From IMG/VR virus record IMGVR_UViG_3300000439_000006: 64,000 bases of DNA; one strand, given 5' to 3'. Made by a program: the position numbers and the translations under genes. Below are positions 15,764 to 24,668 of the stretch, piece after piece. Under the pieces are notes generated by a model. The model saw only the letters and a list, made by a program, of their open reading frames with translations, was not told where the DNA came from and did not search any database. Each line of letters opens with the position of its first letter. The stretch's first letter is position 1. The DNA comes from a virus. Taxonomy: Duplodnaviria; Heunggongvirae; Uroviricota; Caudoviricetes.

Positions 15764-17383
15764 ATGGCAACTCCCGTATTGAATAATGGTATCTTTCTAC
15801 GAGATACTACTTATCAAACAAGCTCACACGTAGATTCTTATCACTTGTCTAACTTGTTAAAGAGCGCTGAACCTACTGATCTAGGTCCTGTTGACTTATG
15901 GGCTATGGCTCAGAAAGTTGAAATGCCTCTTTACCAAATGTCTAGCTTTGGTGGAAAGAACGTTATTATGGTAGATAACGCTCGTGGAGAGTACAAGTGG
16001 CAGATCCCTGTAATGCAGGATCTTCCTTACATCGTAGAGAACATCGAATCTGTGAACAACTTAGGTGCTGATGGTCAAGCGTTCAAAATCAAGCTTAACA
16101 AGCGTATGTTCGGTCATGGTGATATCATCACTTATGATAAATACAACGGTGTGGAGCTTTATATCATCGCTGATGACATCATTCCTGCTGGTGACGGATT
16201 TATCTACACAGTACAACTGGTGAACAATGACAACGTTAAGTATTTGGATGCTTCTAAGTATTTAAGAATTGGTACTAAGTTCTTCAGAAAAGGTTCTGCT
16301 CGTGGTGAATACGGTGAAAGATTCTCTGATATTGGTAACGTATCTGCTGGTTTCCGTGAGTTCTACAACTATGTAGGAGGAGCTGAAGCACACGTACACT
16401 ATTCTATCTCTAGTCGTGCTGACTTGATGATGAAGGGTGGTATGAAAGCTGATGGTACTGTTCCTGTAACAGAGCTTTGGAGAAACTTCGATAAGACAGT
16501 TGATCCTTCTATCACTAACCTGGAAGATATGGCTTCTAAACTAGGTAAAGACTATGTTAAGAAAGCTTATCAATCTGGTCAGTTAACAAGAAGTTTCTTA
16601 ACTACTTTAGAAGCTGCTCACTTAACTAAGATCGCTAATGACATCGAAACTTACTTAATGTGGGGTCAAGGTGGTAAGATCAAACAAGATGGTCCAGATG
16701 ATATCAGATTGTCTGTGGGTCTTTGGAAACAACTTGATAACTCTTTCAAACGTATCTATAACAAATCTAGCTTTAACTTAGACTTGTTTAAATCTGAGAT
16801 CTTCAACTTCTTCAACGGTAAAGTTGAGTTCCAAGGTCCAGATCCTAAACGTAGTTTAATTGTTCAAACTGGACTTGGTGGTATGAAACTTATCAACGAA
16901 GCAATCAAGAAAGAAGCTATCAACAGCGGATTAGTGATTAACGCTTCTGAGGTTGGAGCTATCACTGGTAAAGGAATGGACTTAAACTTTGGATTTGCTT
17001 ACACTCAATACGTTATACCTTTCTTAGCTAACGTTAAGTTTGTGTTGAACCCAGCGTTTGATAATATCCATACTAACGACATTGAGAACCCTATCATCGA
17101 TGGTTTCCCTTTAAGTTCTTACAACTTTATTATCTTTGATATTACTGATAATACAAATGATAACATATATTTGCTAAAACTTTCTTGGGATAACCAGTTG
17201 AAATGGTGGTACCAAAACGGTTCTATGGATTACATGGGACGTACTCAAGGATTCCAATCTGGAGGTAACTTCAACGGATACCGAGTATTCATGACTCAAA
17301 CAATGCCAGCTATCTGGGTTAAAGACCCTACCAAGGTGTTGAAGATTGTTATGAGAAACCCTGTAACTGGTGGATCATTCTAA
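15764..17383 (+). CDS. Major capsid protein (crAss-like)
   Basis: 539 aa, strong codon bias (GCT/ACT/AAC/TTC), position after the scaffold, C-terminal IWVKDPTK motif. Confidence 0.88.
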   Translation: MATPVLNNGIFLRDTTYQTSSHVDSYHLSNLLKSAEPTDLGPVDLWAMAQKVEMPLYQMSSFGGKNVIMVDNARGEYKWQIPVMQDLPYIVENIESVNNLGADGQAFKIKLNKRMFGHGDIITYDKYNGVELYIIADDIIPAGDGFIYTVQLVNNDNVKYLDASKYLRIGTKFFRKGSARGEYGERFSDIGNVSAGFREFYNYVGGAEAHVHYSISSRADLMMKGGMKADGTVPVTELWRNFDKTVDPSITNLEDMASKLGKDYVKKAYQSGQLTRSFLTTLEAAHLTKIANDIETYLMWGQGGKIKQDGPDDIRLSVGLWKQLDNSFKRIYNKSSFNLDLFKSEIFNFFNGKVEFQGPDPKRSLIVQTGLGGMKLINEAIKKEAINSGLVINASEVGAITGKGMDLNFGFAYTQYVIPFLANVKFVLNPAFDNIHTNDIENPIIDGFPLSSYNFIIFDITDNTNDNIYLLKLSWDNQLKWWYQNGSMDYMGRTQGFQSGGNFNGYRVFMTQTMPAIWVKDPTKVLKIVMRNPVTGGSF

Positions 17384-17399
17384 AATAACTTAAGTGGAC

Positions 17400-17422
17400 G
17401 CCTGGAGGTAAAATCTCCAGGC
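17400..17422 (+). promoter_or_regulatory. Hairpin after MCP (weak U-tract)
   Basis: GCCTGGAG-GTAAAAT-CTCCAGGC. Confidence 0.55.
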
Positions 17423-17453
17423 TAAACTTTAAAATATTTAAAAACAAATCGAC

Positions 17454-17645
17454 ATGGCTAACAAATCAGTCTCAGCTTCTACAAAAGCTACTACAGGTCC
17501 TTCAAGAGGAGCTGCTCCATCTAAAGCGTCAAGTGTTGCAGGAAAGCCTTCTGTAGGAAGAAGCGCTGCTCCAGCATCAGCTGTTCCAGCAATGAAAAAA
17601 GGTGGAATGGTTAAGACAATGAAGAAAGGTGGTAAATGTTGCTAA
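17454..17645 (+). CDS. Small basic Ala/Ser/Lys-rich protein with two MKKGG motifs
   Basis: ORF translation. Confidence 0.75.
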   Translation: MANKSVSASTKATTGPSRGAAPSKASSVAGKPSVGRSAAPASAVPAMKKGGMVKTMKKGGKCC

Positions 17646-17651
17646 ACCCCG

Positions 17652-17752
17652 CTAACGTTTCTTACGTTAGTTTTGATACCTCTGGTATCGCAATCGGCTT
17701 GTTGTACGCAAACCCTAGTTAACGAGGGAGAGCTTGCAACTCTCAACAGGCC
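17652..17752 (+). ncRNA. Candidate structured cis-regulatory RNA
   Basis: Two hairpins, then a three-way junction closed by GGCTTGTTG/CAACAGGCC. Confidence 0.4.
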
Positions 17753-17793
17753 CTAAGCTGAAAAGCTTTATAAATAAAACCAAACAAAAAAAT

Positions 17794-18810
17794 ATGAGTA
17801 GTGTAACACTTGTGGAGATGTATCCACAGAACAAAAAGTCTACAATAGCTATTCGTCCTTATTTTAACAAAGCCGTGGATAACATGGGTTTACAAGATTA
17901 CGGACTTAGTTTATTTGACGGAGCCTTCCATGAAGAACAACTTTGTTGTTTAGAAATAAATGGTATAAAAAGGTACATCACCGGGTTAAATGAGTTTTCT
18001 CCTGAAGTGAAGATGCTTCCTCCAGAAGAGCAAACAGCCAAGGTTAAACAGATTAGACAAATAGTGAGTCAACTTGAAAAAGAACTTGCTTCAAATATGG
18101 TTGATCCTGATGACAAAGAGTTTTGGAACAAGCTTAAACTTTTAAAGCCAGATAACTTTGAGTTTTGGGATAAGATAAAAATAAGAGTGGGTAATGAAGC
18201 CATCTACCTGGAACCTGAAAAAGATCCATATGATCTAATCAAACTCTACTCGATCGAAGCTGGTGGATTTTCTATGATAGCTAAGTCTTTAGATGAAGCT
18301 AGAAGTACACCAAAAGCTCCTAAGTTTTACTTAGATAAGCTTGAAGAAACAGCTTCTCTGAATACAGAAGTAAAAAAACTTCGTAATAAAGCTCTTGGAG
18401 AACTTGAGAAACTATTTAACAAGAATCAGAACAAGTTGTTCTATGTTGTTAAAGTGTTGGATCCTAACAGTGCTCAGTATAAGAAGAGTACGCCAAACGA
18501 TATTTTGTACGACAATGCCGACAAGTATATCAATGGTGATCTTTTAGAAAGAGATAAAAACAAAACAGCTCAAAGATTCTTAGATGTAGCTGGACTAGAT
18601 ATGGAAACTCTGAAAATCAGAGCCATCATCAAAGATGCTACATACTACAGATTCATTACAGCTAAAGCTGATGGATTTATCTGGGAAGTAGAAACCAGTA
18701 CAATGTTGGGACGTACTCCATCAGATGTAGTGGAATATTTGAAAAACCCACTTAATGAAGAAATCTTAATTAAGATCTCTAAGAAAGTGGAAGGATATTG
18801 GAACAGATAA
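17794..18810 (+). CDS. crAss-like head-module protein
   Basis: ORF track 17734-18810; ATG at 17794 has the A-rich initiation region. Confidence 0.75.
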   Translation: MSSVTLVEMYPQNKKSTIAIRPYFNKAVDNMGLQDYGLSLFDGAFHEEQLCCLEINGIKRYITGLNEFSPEVKMLPPEEQTAKVKQIRQIVSQLEKELASNMVDPDDKEFWNKLKLLKPDNFEFWDKIKIRVGNEAIYLEPEKDPYDLIKLYSIEAGGFSMIAKSLDEARSTPKAPKFYLDKLEETASLNTEVKKLRNKALGELEKLFNKNQNKLFYVVKVLDPNSAQYKKSTPNDILYDNADKYINGDLLERDKNKTAQRFLDVAGLDMETLKIRAIIKDATYYRFITAKADGFIWEVETSTMLGRTPSDVVEYLKNPLNEEILIKISKKVEGYWNR

Positions 18811-18820
18811 AATAAAAGAT

Positions 18821-19009
18821 ATGTCAAGTAAGATTAAAGCGATGTCCACAGAAGAAAAACGTTAGGAGATCGAAGATGCTATAAGAACATTACAAAGAGC
18901 TGAAACCATTCGTAGTAACACAAAACTTATGAGTGATGTAAAAAGTTCTTTGTCAACTTTACAAAAAGTTGTTGGAGGAAGAACATCTACATCTTCTAAA
19001 AAGAAATAA
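18821..19009 (+). pseudogene. 62-codon frame interrupted by one in-frame TAG (18863-65)
   Basis: MSSKIKAMSTEEKR*EIEDAIRTLQRAE...SKKK; its final TAA overlaps the next ATG. Confidence 0.55.
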
Positions 19010-19209
19010 TGATTTTTGAACCTCACAATCGGGTGGAAGTCAGTACACCAAAAGGTGATGGAATAATATGGTTGGTTACAGACTATGGTCATGAAACCAA
19101 CACCATATACACAATAATCATTAACTTAACAGGTGAGATGTGGCAGTTTACCCACAAAGATATTAGAGTTAAAAGTAATATAACATTTAATAGAAATAGT
19201 AAAGCTTAA
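19009..19209 (+). CDS. Small hypothetical protein (SH3-like beta pattern)
   Basis: 66-aa ORF, TAATG coupling. Confidence 0.7.
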   Translation: MIFEPHNRVEVSTPKGDGIIWLVTDYGHETNTIYTIIINLTGEMWQFTHKDIRVKSNITFNRNSKA

Positions 19210-19213
19210 TACG

Positions 19214-19483
19214 ATGGCTACAAAAAAAGGTGGTATGGCTGCTTATGAAAAGTCAGCATATGATAAGAAAATGGATAAAGCTGGTAAACACGGTGGTGAA
19301 GGATCAGCTAAAGATATGGCAGCTGATAAAGCTGCTGCTCAAAAACTAGGCTATATGAAAAAAGGTGGTAGTGTAGGTAAGACACCTTCTACTCCAGCTG
19401 AAAAGAAGTTTGCTGCTTTAGCTCCACCAAAGAATAAAATAACATTTGCTGATAAAGTAGCTGGTGCTAAAAAGAAAAAGTAA
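19214..19483 (+). CDS. Small basic protein with KKGG motifs
   Basis: ORF translation. Confidence 0.75.
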   Translation: MATKKGGMAAYEKSAYDKKMDKAGKHGGEGSAKDMAADKAAAQKLGYMKKGGSVGKTPSTPAEKKFAALAPPKNKITFADKVAGAKKKK

Positions 19484-19629
19484 TGGCCAAAGAAATGATA
19501 AAAAGAGCTGATGGCTCTAAGTCGCAAAGAGGTTTATGGGATAACATCAGAGCTAATAAAGGCTCTGATAAAAAACCTACAGCTGAAATGTTAAAACAAG
19601 AAAAAAAGATAAAAGCTAAATCTAAGTAA
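19483..19629 (+). CDS. Small basic protein (48 aa, SQRGLWDNIRAN)
   Basis: Translated by hand; TAATG coupling. Confidence 0.7.
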   Translation: MAKEMIKRADGSKSQRGLWDNIRANKGSDKKPTAEMLKQEKKIKAKSK

Positions 19630-19630
19630 T

Positions 19631-19792
19631 ATGGCAAAGACACATCCAGGTTTTAAATCTGTACAATCCAAGATTGCTAAAAAAGAAGGTGTAAGTAAAG
19701 AAGCTGCGGGTGCTATATTAGCATCAGCTACTAGAAAAGCGTCACCGGGTGCTAAAAAAGCTAATCCTAATCTTAAAAAAGTTAAAGGATAA
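19631..19792 (+). CDS. Small basic protein (53 aa, MAKTHPGFKSVQSKIAKKEGVS)
   Basis: Translated by hand; coupled to the next gene. Confidence 0.7.
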   Translation: MAKTHPGFKSVQSKIAKKEGVSKEAAGAILASATRKASPGAKKANPNLKKVKG

Positions 19793-20034
19793 TGGCAAAG
19801 ACACAAGCTTGGCAAAGATCAGAAGGTAAAAACAAAAACGGTGGGTTAAACCAAAAAGGAAGAGACTCTTATAATAGTAGTCATCCAGGTTCTCATCTTA
19901 AAGCTCCTCAACCAGAAGGTGGTCCAAGAAAAGATTCTTTCTGTGCTAGAATGTCAGGAGTTAAAGGACCGATGAAGAAACCTAATGGTGAGCCTACAAG
20001 AAAAGCGTTAGCTTTAAAAAAATGGAAATGTTAA
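19792..20034 (+). CDS. Small basic phage protein (DUF6321-like)
   Basis: GGLN.KGR..Y...LKAP...R..SFCARM...AL.KW.C pattern. Confidence 0.6.
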   Translation: MAKTQAWQRSEGKNKNGGLNQKGRDSYNSSHPGSHLKAPQPEGGPRKDSFCARMSGVKGPMKKPNGEPTRKALALKKWKC

Positions 20035-20037
20035 AAC

Positions 20038-20736
20038 ATGGATAATAACCTTTTACAGATTAAAATAAAACAAAGGCTAAACAAGTTAGCTTCGTTTGAC
20101 TATGACAACATACAATGTTGGCAGATTCAAGAAGCTTTCAACAAAGCTCAGTTGGATTGGGTTAGACGCCAGATATATGGAATGAACTCCAGAAAAGAAG
20201 GAATGGAACAATCTACAGGCCTTGTAGATGATCTAAGAATACTTTTAACAGATGTTTCTTTACCTGTTGTAAATAAAAAAGAGTGGGCTGAGTGTAAAGT
20301 TCCAAAAAATTACTTATATTATAGTAGGGTGGATGCGTACGCTGTAACAGACTGTTGTCCTAAAAGAAGACTAACAGTTTATGAAGTGGAAGAAGCAAAC
20401 ATCTCTGTGATCTTAAATAGTAATAATATAAAGCCAAACTTTGAGTGGGCTGAAACAGTTTCAACATTCTTAGGAGAAAACTTAAGAGTGTATAGTAACG
20501 AAACCTTTAATATAACTGATGTAACATTGGTTTATTATAGAACACCTAAGCCAGTACAACTTATAGGATGTATAAACACTGAAGATGGTTCAACCTTTAC
20601 TACAGATCAGATATGTGAGTTTAAAGATGATATAGCGGAAATACTGGTGATGGAAGCTGCAGCGATCTTAGCTGGAGATATCGAAAGCCAGATGCAATAC
20701 CAAAGAACTGAACAAGACGTTACAAAAGAAAGTTAA
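20038..20736 (+). CDS. Head-tail ring/adaptor protein
   Basis: 232 aa; FNKAQ...DDL..L and YYR.P motifs typical of crAss ring proteins; position. Confidence 0.6.
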   Translation: MDNNLLQIKIKQRLNKLASFDYDNIQCWQIQEAFNKAQLDWVRRQIYGMNSRKEGMEQSTGLVDDLRILLTDVSLPVVNKKEWAECKVPKNYLYYSRVDAYAVTDCCPKRRLTVYEVEEANISVILNSNNIKPNFEWAETVSTFLGENLRVYSNETFNITDVTLVYYRTPKPVQLIGCINTEDGSTFTTDQICEFKDDIAEILVMEAAAILAGDIESQMQYQRTEQDVTKES

Positions 20737-21149
20737 TGATAACAAAGTTACAAAGACCGGGTGGAAATGATGTAGATAAGAAGACAGCAGCTTTAGCTAA
20801 TGAGCTACTTAATGCTGTAACAACTATACACAAGTTTCACTTAAAAGTTACTGGTATTGGATCATATGCTGCCCACAAAGCTCTTAATGAGTTCTACGAT
20901 GAGATAGGTGATCATGCTGATGATGTGGTAGAAAAATATCAAGGAGCGGCTGAAAAGCTTTTAGAAATCCCTGATACAACTCCAACAAAAGTTTCTTCAG
21001 TAGCTGAATGTATCACATATCTTAAAGGATTAACAACGATGGTGGATGAGTTACAAGCCATCATGCCATATAGCGAGCTTGTTAACATCTTAGATGAAAC
21101 AAAAGCTCTTATAGATAGTACAAAATACAAACTCTTATTCTTAAAATAA
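20736..21149 (+). CDS. Ferritin/Dps-like four-helix protein
   Basis: HKFHL..G..SYAAHKAL.EFY......D...E.YQG fits the Dps-type ferroxidase pattern. Confidence 0.7.
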   Translation: MITKLQRPGGNDVDKKTAALANELLNAVTTIHKFHLKVTGIGSYAAHKALNEFYDEIGDHADDVVEKYQGAAEKLLEIPDTTPTKVSSVAECITYLKGLTTMVDELQAIMPYSELVNILDETKALIDSTKYKLLFLK

Positions 21150-21178
21150 TTTTTTTATAACCCCAAAATAATACTAAT

Positions 21179-23200
21179 ATGTATTTTCCTAATGCCTTCA
21201 GGAAGTCATTTCTTCCAGTAGCTGCTAGCTCAGTAACACTGACATCAGCTTCAAGTCCAGCCACAGCTCCAGTTAGTGTGTTGCCTATCTCAACCTCTGT
21301 AACAGGTATTGCTGTAGGTAACGTTATTACAGGAACTGGTATTCCTGCTAATACAACTGTAGTGTTAATAAGCTCATTAAACATTACACTTTCTAACCCA
21401 TTAACAGCGTCTCTTGCTTCAGGAGCCACTGTAGTAGTTAATGGAACTAGTTTTACAACTAGTGCTGCTGTAAATGCTCCAAACGTTTTAACATTTGGTT
21501 CTACTACAGGAGTTGTTGTAGGTATGTCAGCTACAAGTGCTAACATTCCAGCTGGAGCTATTGTTACAGCTGTAACAAGTACAACTGTTACATTATCAGC
21601 TGCAGTAACAACTAGTACAAGCTCAGCTTCAGTTATTTTTGCTAGTAGTGTGGCTTTAGCTAGTTCTGGTACCACTGCAGCTTTAACAGCTGGTCAGCTT
21701 GGTTTCTTTGATGCTAAAACTTACTCTGCTCTAGGTACTGTTGCTCAACAAGCTCCTTTCATCATCGCTCAAGGTTCTTACTTTGCGCAAGATAAGATTG
21801 GTCCTGTACATGGTGGATACCAAGAGAGTGTTAAATCTAAAGTGATCAACCCTAAGTTTGTTAGTCGTTTGATCAAAGTTGGTTCTAAAGCTGCTGTTAA
21901 CCAAGTTGTAAAAGTTTCTGTAAATGCAGGAGTTACTCCAGATACAACTTACAGATTGCGTTTAGACCTTAAAGGAAGCCCTGCTTTACGTTTCTTAAAC
22001 CATCAGTTATATAGAACTATGGATGCGTATACTGGTTGTGCTAACACAACTAACCCTACGTATGTAAGAGATGCTGTATCTACTCTTTTGTTATGGAAAG
22101 ATCAGATCAATAGCTATCCTACTATTAAGGATATGGTACAAGCTAGAGTTTACAAAAAAGTTGTCTCAACTCTTACAGCTGCTACTACTAACATTACATC
22201 AATCACTCCAAATGCTACCACTGGTGCAACTGCGTTGGTTTATGTAACATCTAGTGCTACTAGCATTGCGGTTGGTCAAAAAGTAACCTTTGGTACTTCT
22301 ACCACATTTGCTCCTCAGTTATTAGCATCTGGCGCAGCTTTCCCAGTTAATGCGTTTGTTACTAACGTTTCTGGTACAACTATTACTATTACTTATCCAA
22401 CTCCAGCGGTTCAACCAGCATTGACTGACTTTAACCCTGCGGTTTCTTTAAATTACTATAGTGATGTATATAGTACATCTGGTGTAGTTGCTTATATTCC
22501 AGGTACTCAATCTGAAACTGGTGTTGGTGCGGGTCTTGTAAAAAATCTTGGTGTTGCTACCGGTTTAACTTCTACAACATATGTACCTGATGCTGACGCA
22601 GCTTCTATCACTACTGATGCTCATATCGAACTAACTGTAGCTTACATAGAAACTAAGTTTGGTACTTGTACCTTCACTCCTACAGATAAATATGATCTAG
22701 AACCTTTGATTATCTATACTTCTGTTGTTGATGAATCTGGTGATCCTTGTTTAGTTTCTGCGTTTGTAGCTAACGTTGCTGGTACTGATGGAACTGTTCC
22801 TTCTACTAACCTTCCTTACTTATCATCTCATGGTGATGAGGTTCAAACTCCAGTTCAAGCTTTTGGTGTAGGTGAAACTGTATTACGTGAGTTAATCTTA
22901 GATGGTCGCTACTTACAGAATGCTTACCCTGATTCTGGTAGAGTTGAATCATTCCGTATGAGAGAGATCGAAGCTGATCCAGCATTAGCTACTGTATCTC
23001 GTACAGCTTTATACGATAGAATTATGATTTTACATAACGTACCTCGTTTCTACAACCCTACTGGTACATTTGATAATGATCAGTATTTAGTTGTGATCCA
23101 TGTACCTAAAGGAACCAGTACAACAGCTATCTCAAACTTTATCTTAGCGTCTTGTGCCGCTTCTGGTAATGGAGCTGTAACTCTTGAAACATTCAACTAA
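21179..23200 (+). CDS. Abundant structural protein (crAss auxiliary capsid/decoration type) with Thr/Ala/Val-rich insertions
   Basis: 673 aa, high-expression codon bias, G(I/V)xVG...xIPxxxxV repeats, terminator downstream. Confidence 0.6.
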   Translation: MYFPNAFRKSFLPVAASSVTLTSASSPATAPVSVLPISTSVTGIAVGNVITGTGIPANTTVVLISSLNITLSNPLTASLASGATVVVNGTSFTTSAAVNAPNVLTFGSTTGVVVGMSATSANIPAGAIVTAVTSTTVTLSAAVTTSTSSASVIFASSVALASSGTTAALTAGQLGFFDAKTYSALGTVAQQAPFIIAQGSYFAQDKIGPVHGGYQESVKSKVINPKFVSRLIKVGSKAAVNQVVKVSVNAGVTPDTTYRLRLDLKGSPALRFLNHQLYRTMDAYTGCANTTNPTYVRDAVSTLLLWKDQINSYPTIKDMVQARVYKKVVSTLTAATTNITSITPNATTGATALVYVTSSATSIAVGQKVTFGTSTTFAPQLLASGAAFPVNAFVTNVSGTTITITYPTPAVQPALTDFNPAVSLNYYSDVYSTSGVVAYIPGTQSETGVGAGLVKNLGVATGLTSTTYVPDADAASITTDAHIELTVAYIETKFGTCTFTPTDKYDLEPLIIYTSVVDESGDPCLVSAFVANVAGTDGTVPSTNLPYLSSHGDEVQTPVQAFGVGETVLRELILDGRYLQNAYPDSGRVESFRMREIEADPALATVSRTALYDRIMILHNVPRFYNPTGTFDNDQYLVVIHVPKGTSTTAISNFILASCAASGNGAVTLETFN

Positions 23201-23221
23201 TCTTAACCCCTTAAAACATCT

Positions 23222-23255
23222 AAGGAGAGACCACAAGTCTCTCCTTTTTTGTTTT
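23222..23255 (+). terminator. Intrinsic terminator
   Basis: AAGGAGAGAC-CACAA-GTCTCTCCTT then TTTTGTTTTT. Confidence 0.85.
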
Positions 23256-23310
23256 TGGACATCTCTTGTTTTTTTAGTATATTATAATGTAATCTCCATA
23301 ATGTTTTTAT

Positions 23311-23865
23311 ATGTCAAGTAAACACCAGTTAAGTCTAGAAATACCCGATTCAAACAATGTCAAAGTGTTAAGACTCTTTGATACAAGCGCGTACGCAGAT
23401 AACGTACAAGTGGATTGTGCTACGTTACGTATTACATCTCCTGGATTTAACCTTCCAATAGTTATAGATGTGATGCCAAGCTTTAACTTGGTTTTAAACG
23501 CATGTAGTCTTGGTATTCAAAGATCTGGATGTGGAGATTCTTCTATGGCTCTTCCTGATGGTATATATGTAATCAACTACTCTGTAAGTCCTAATGATAA
23601 GGTGTATGTTGAATATAACCATCTTAGAACTACTCAGATTATGAACAAGTATTATAACATCATGGGTCAACTTGAACTAGCTGCTTGTGAACCGGCCGCT
23701 GATGTGAAAGAAAGTTTAAATGAGCTAAGACTTATAAAAAGCTTTATAGATGCAGCTAAAGCTAAAGTGGAATTCACGTTACAGCCAGAAGCCGGTATGG
23801 ATCTGTTTATCTACGCTAAAAAACGTTTAGATAAACTTGCGTCTAAAGAGTGTACTAGTTGTTAA
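23311..23865 (+). CDS. Structural/assembly protein
   Basis: 184-aa ORF, first gene after a GTATATTATA motif. Confidence 0.7.
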   Translation: MSSKHQLSLEIPDSNNVKVLRLFDTSAYADNVQVDCATLRITSPGFNLPIVIDVMPSFNLVLNACSLGIQRSGCGDSSMALPDGIYVINYSVSPNDKVYVEYNHLRTTQIMNKYYNIMGQLELAACEPAADVKESLNELRLIKSFIDAAKAKVEFTLQPEAGMDLFIYAKKRLDKLASKECTSC

Positions 23866-23884
23866 AAATATAAAAACCAAATAT

Positions 23885-24052
23885 ATGTCATTATGTCCTA
23901 ATTGTAAGACAACTCTATCATGTGGTTGTCAAATCAGAACAGCTTCTAATGGAGCTAGAGTTTGTGCCAGTTGTATATCTTCTTATGAAGCTGGATTACT
24001 TCAGATACAACAAGCTACGACTCCTCCTGTAAAAAAATATAACAATACTTAA
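23885..24052 (+). CDS. Small Zn-finger-like protein (CPNC, CGC, CASC)
   Basis: In-frame ATG at 23885. Confidence 0.7.
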   Translation: MSLCPNCKTTLSCGCQIRTASNGARVCASCISSYEAGLLQIQQATTPPVKKYNNT

Positions 24053-24053
24053 G

Positions 24054-24668
24054 ATGAAAGACTTTCTTTCCAATAGAGAACGATATTACGAAAACTTTGC
24101 TAATGCTATCTATAGAGAGCATAAGAGGCTTCGTTATGGTATAGCTGTGTGTAAACCTAATACAGATATAGATCTCGCCACTATGAGGAAAGAACTAGTA
24201 GATTGGCAATCTAAAAATGATGGAGATGCTTTATGTAGTACAAACATAGCGTATACAACATGGCTTCCTGTAAGTTACACTCCACAAGAGTTAGAAAAGA
24301 TTGAACATGGTATTCCTAATGGTCGTGGATATGTTCACTCTTATACAACTAATGGTCCTAGTGGTATAGGACTGGGTTACCAATATGGAGATGGTACACA
24401 AAATATTATACAGGTTAACTCTGGTGGTTGTATTACACGTATCAATCTAAATCCCGCCATCACTATCAACAGCGGAATAGGGTTTCAATATAGTCAAGGA
24501 ACACCGTCAGATACTTGGACAATACATCATGGACTGGGATATGTTCCTAATGTATGGGAAAAAGATCTTTCTGGAAACAACATAGAAGGAACTCTTGAAG
24601 TGGTAGATCTTAACAACATTATTATTCACTTTAGTTCACCGGTAGCTGGAGTAGCCTACTTATCATAA
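24054..24668 (+). CDS. Structural protein with C-terminal W.I.H.LG..P.V fibre-base domain
   Basis: 204-aa translation. Confidence 0.65.
   Translation: MKDFLSNRERYYENFANAIYREHKRLRYGIAVCKPNTDIDLATMRKELVDWQSKNDGDALCSTNIAYTTWLPVSYTPQELEKIEHGIPNGRGYVHSYTTNGPSGIGLGYQYGDGTQNIIQVNSGGCITRINLNPAITINSGIGFQYSQGTPSDTWTIHHGLGYVPNVWEKDLSGNNIEGTLEVVDLNNIIIHFSSPVAGVAYLS

Noticed and set aside
8537-17383. Introns or inteins in terL, portal or MCP
   Set aside because: The ORFs are continuous, of plausible length, and show no intein C/S...HN boundaries
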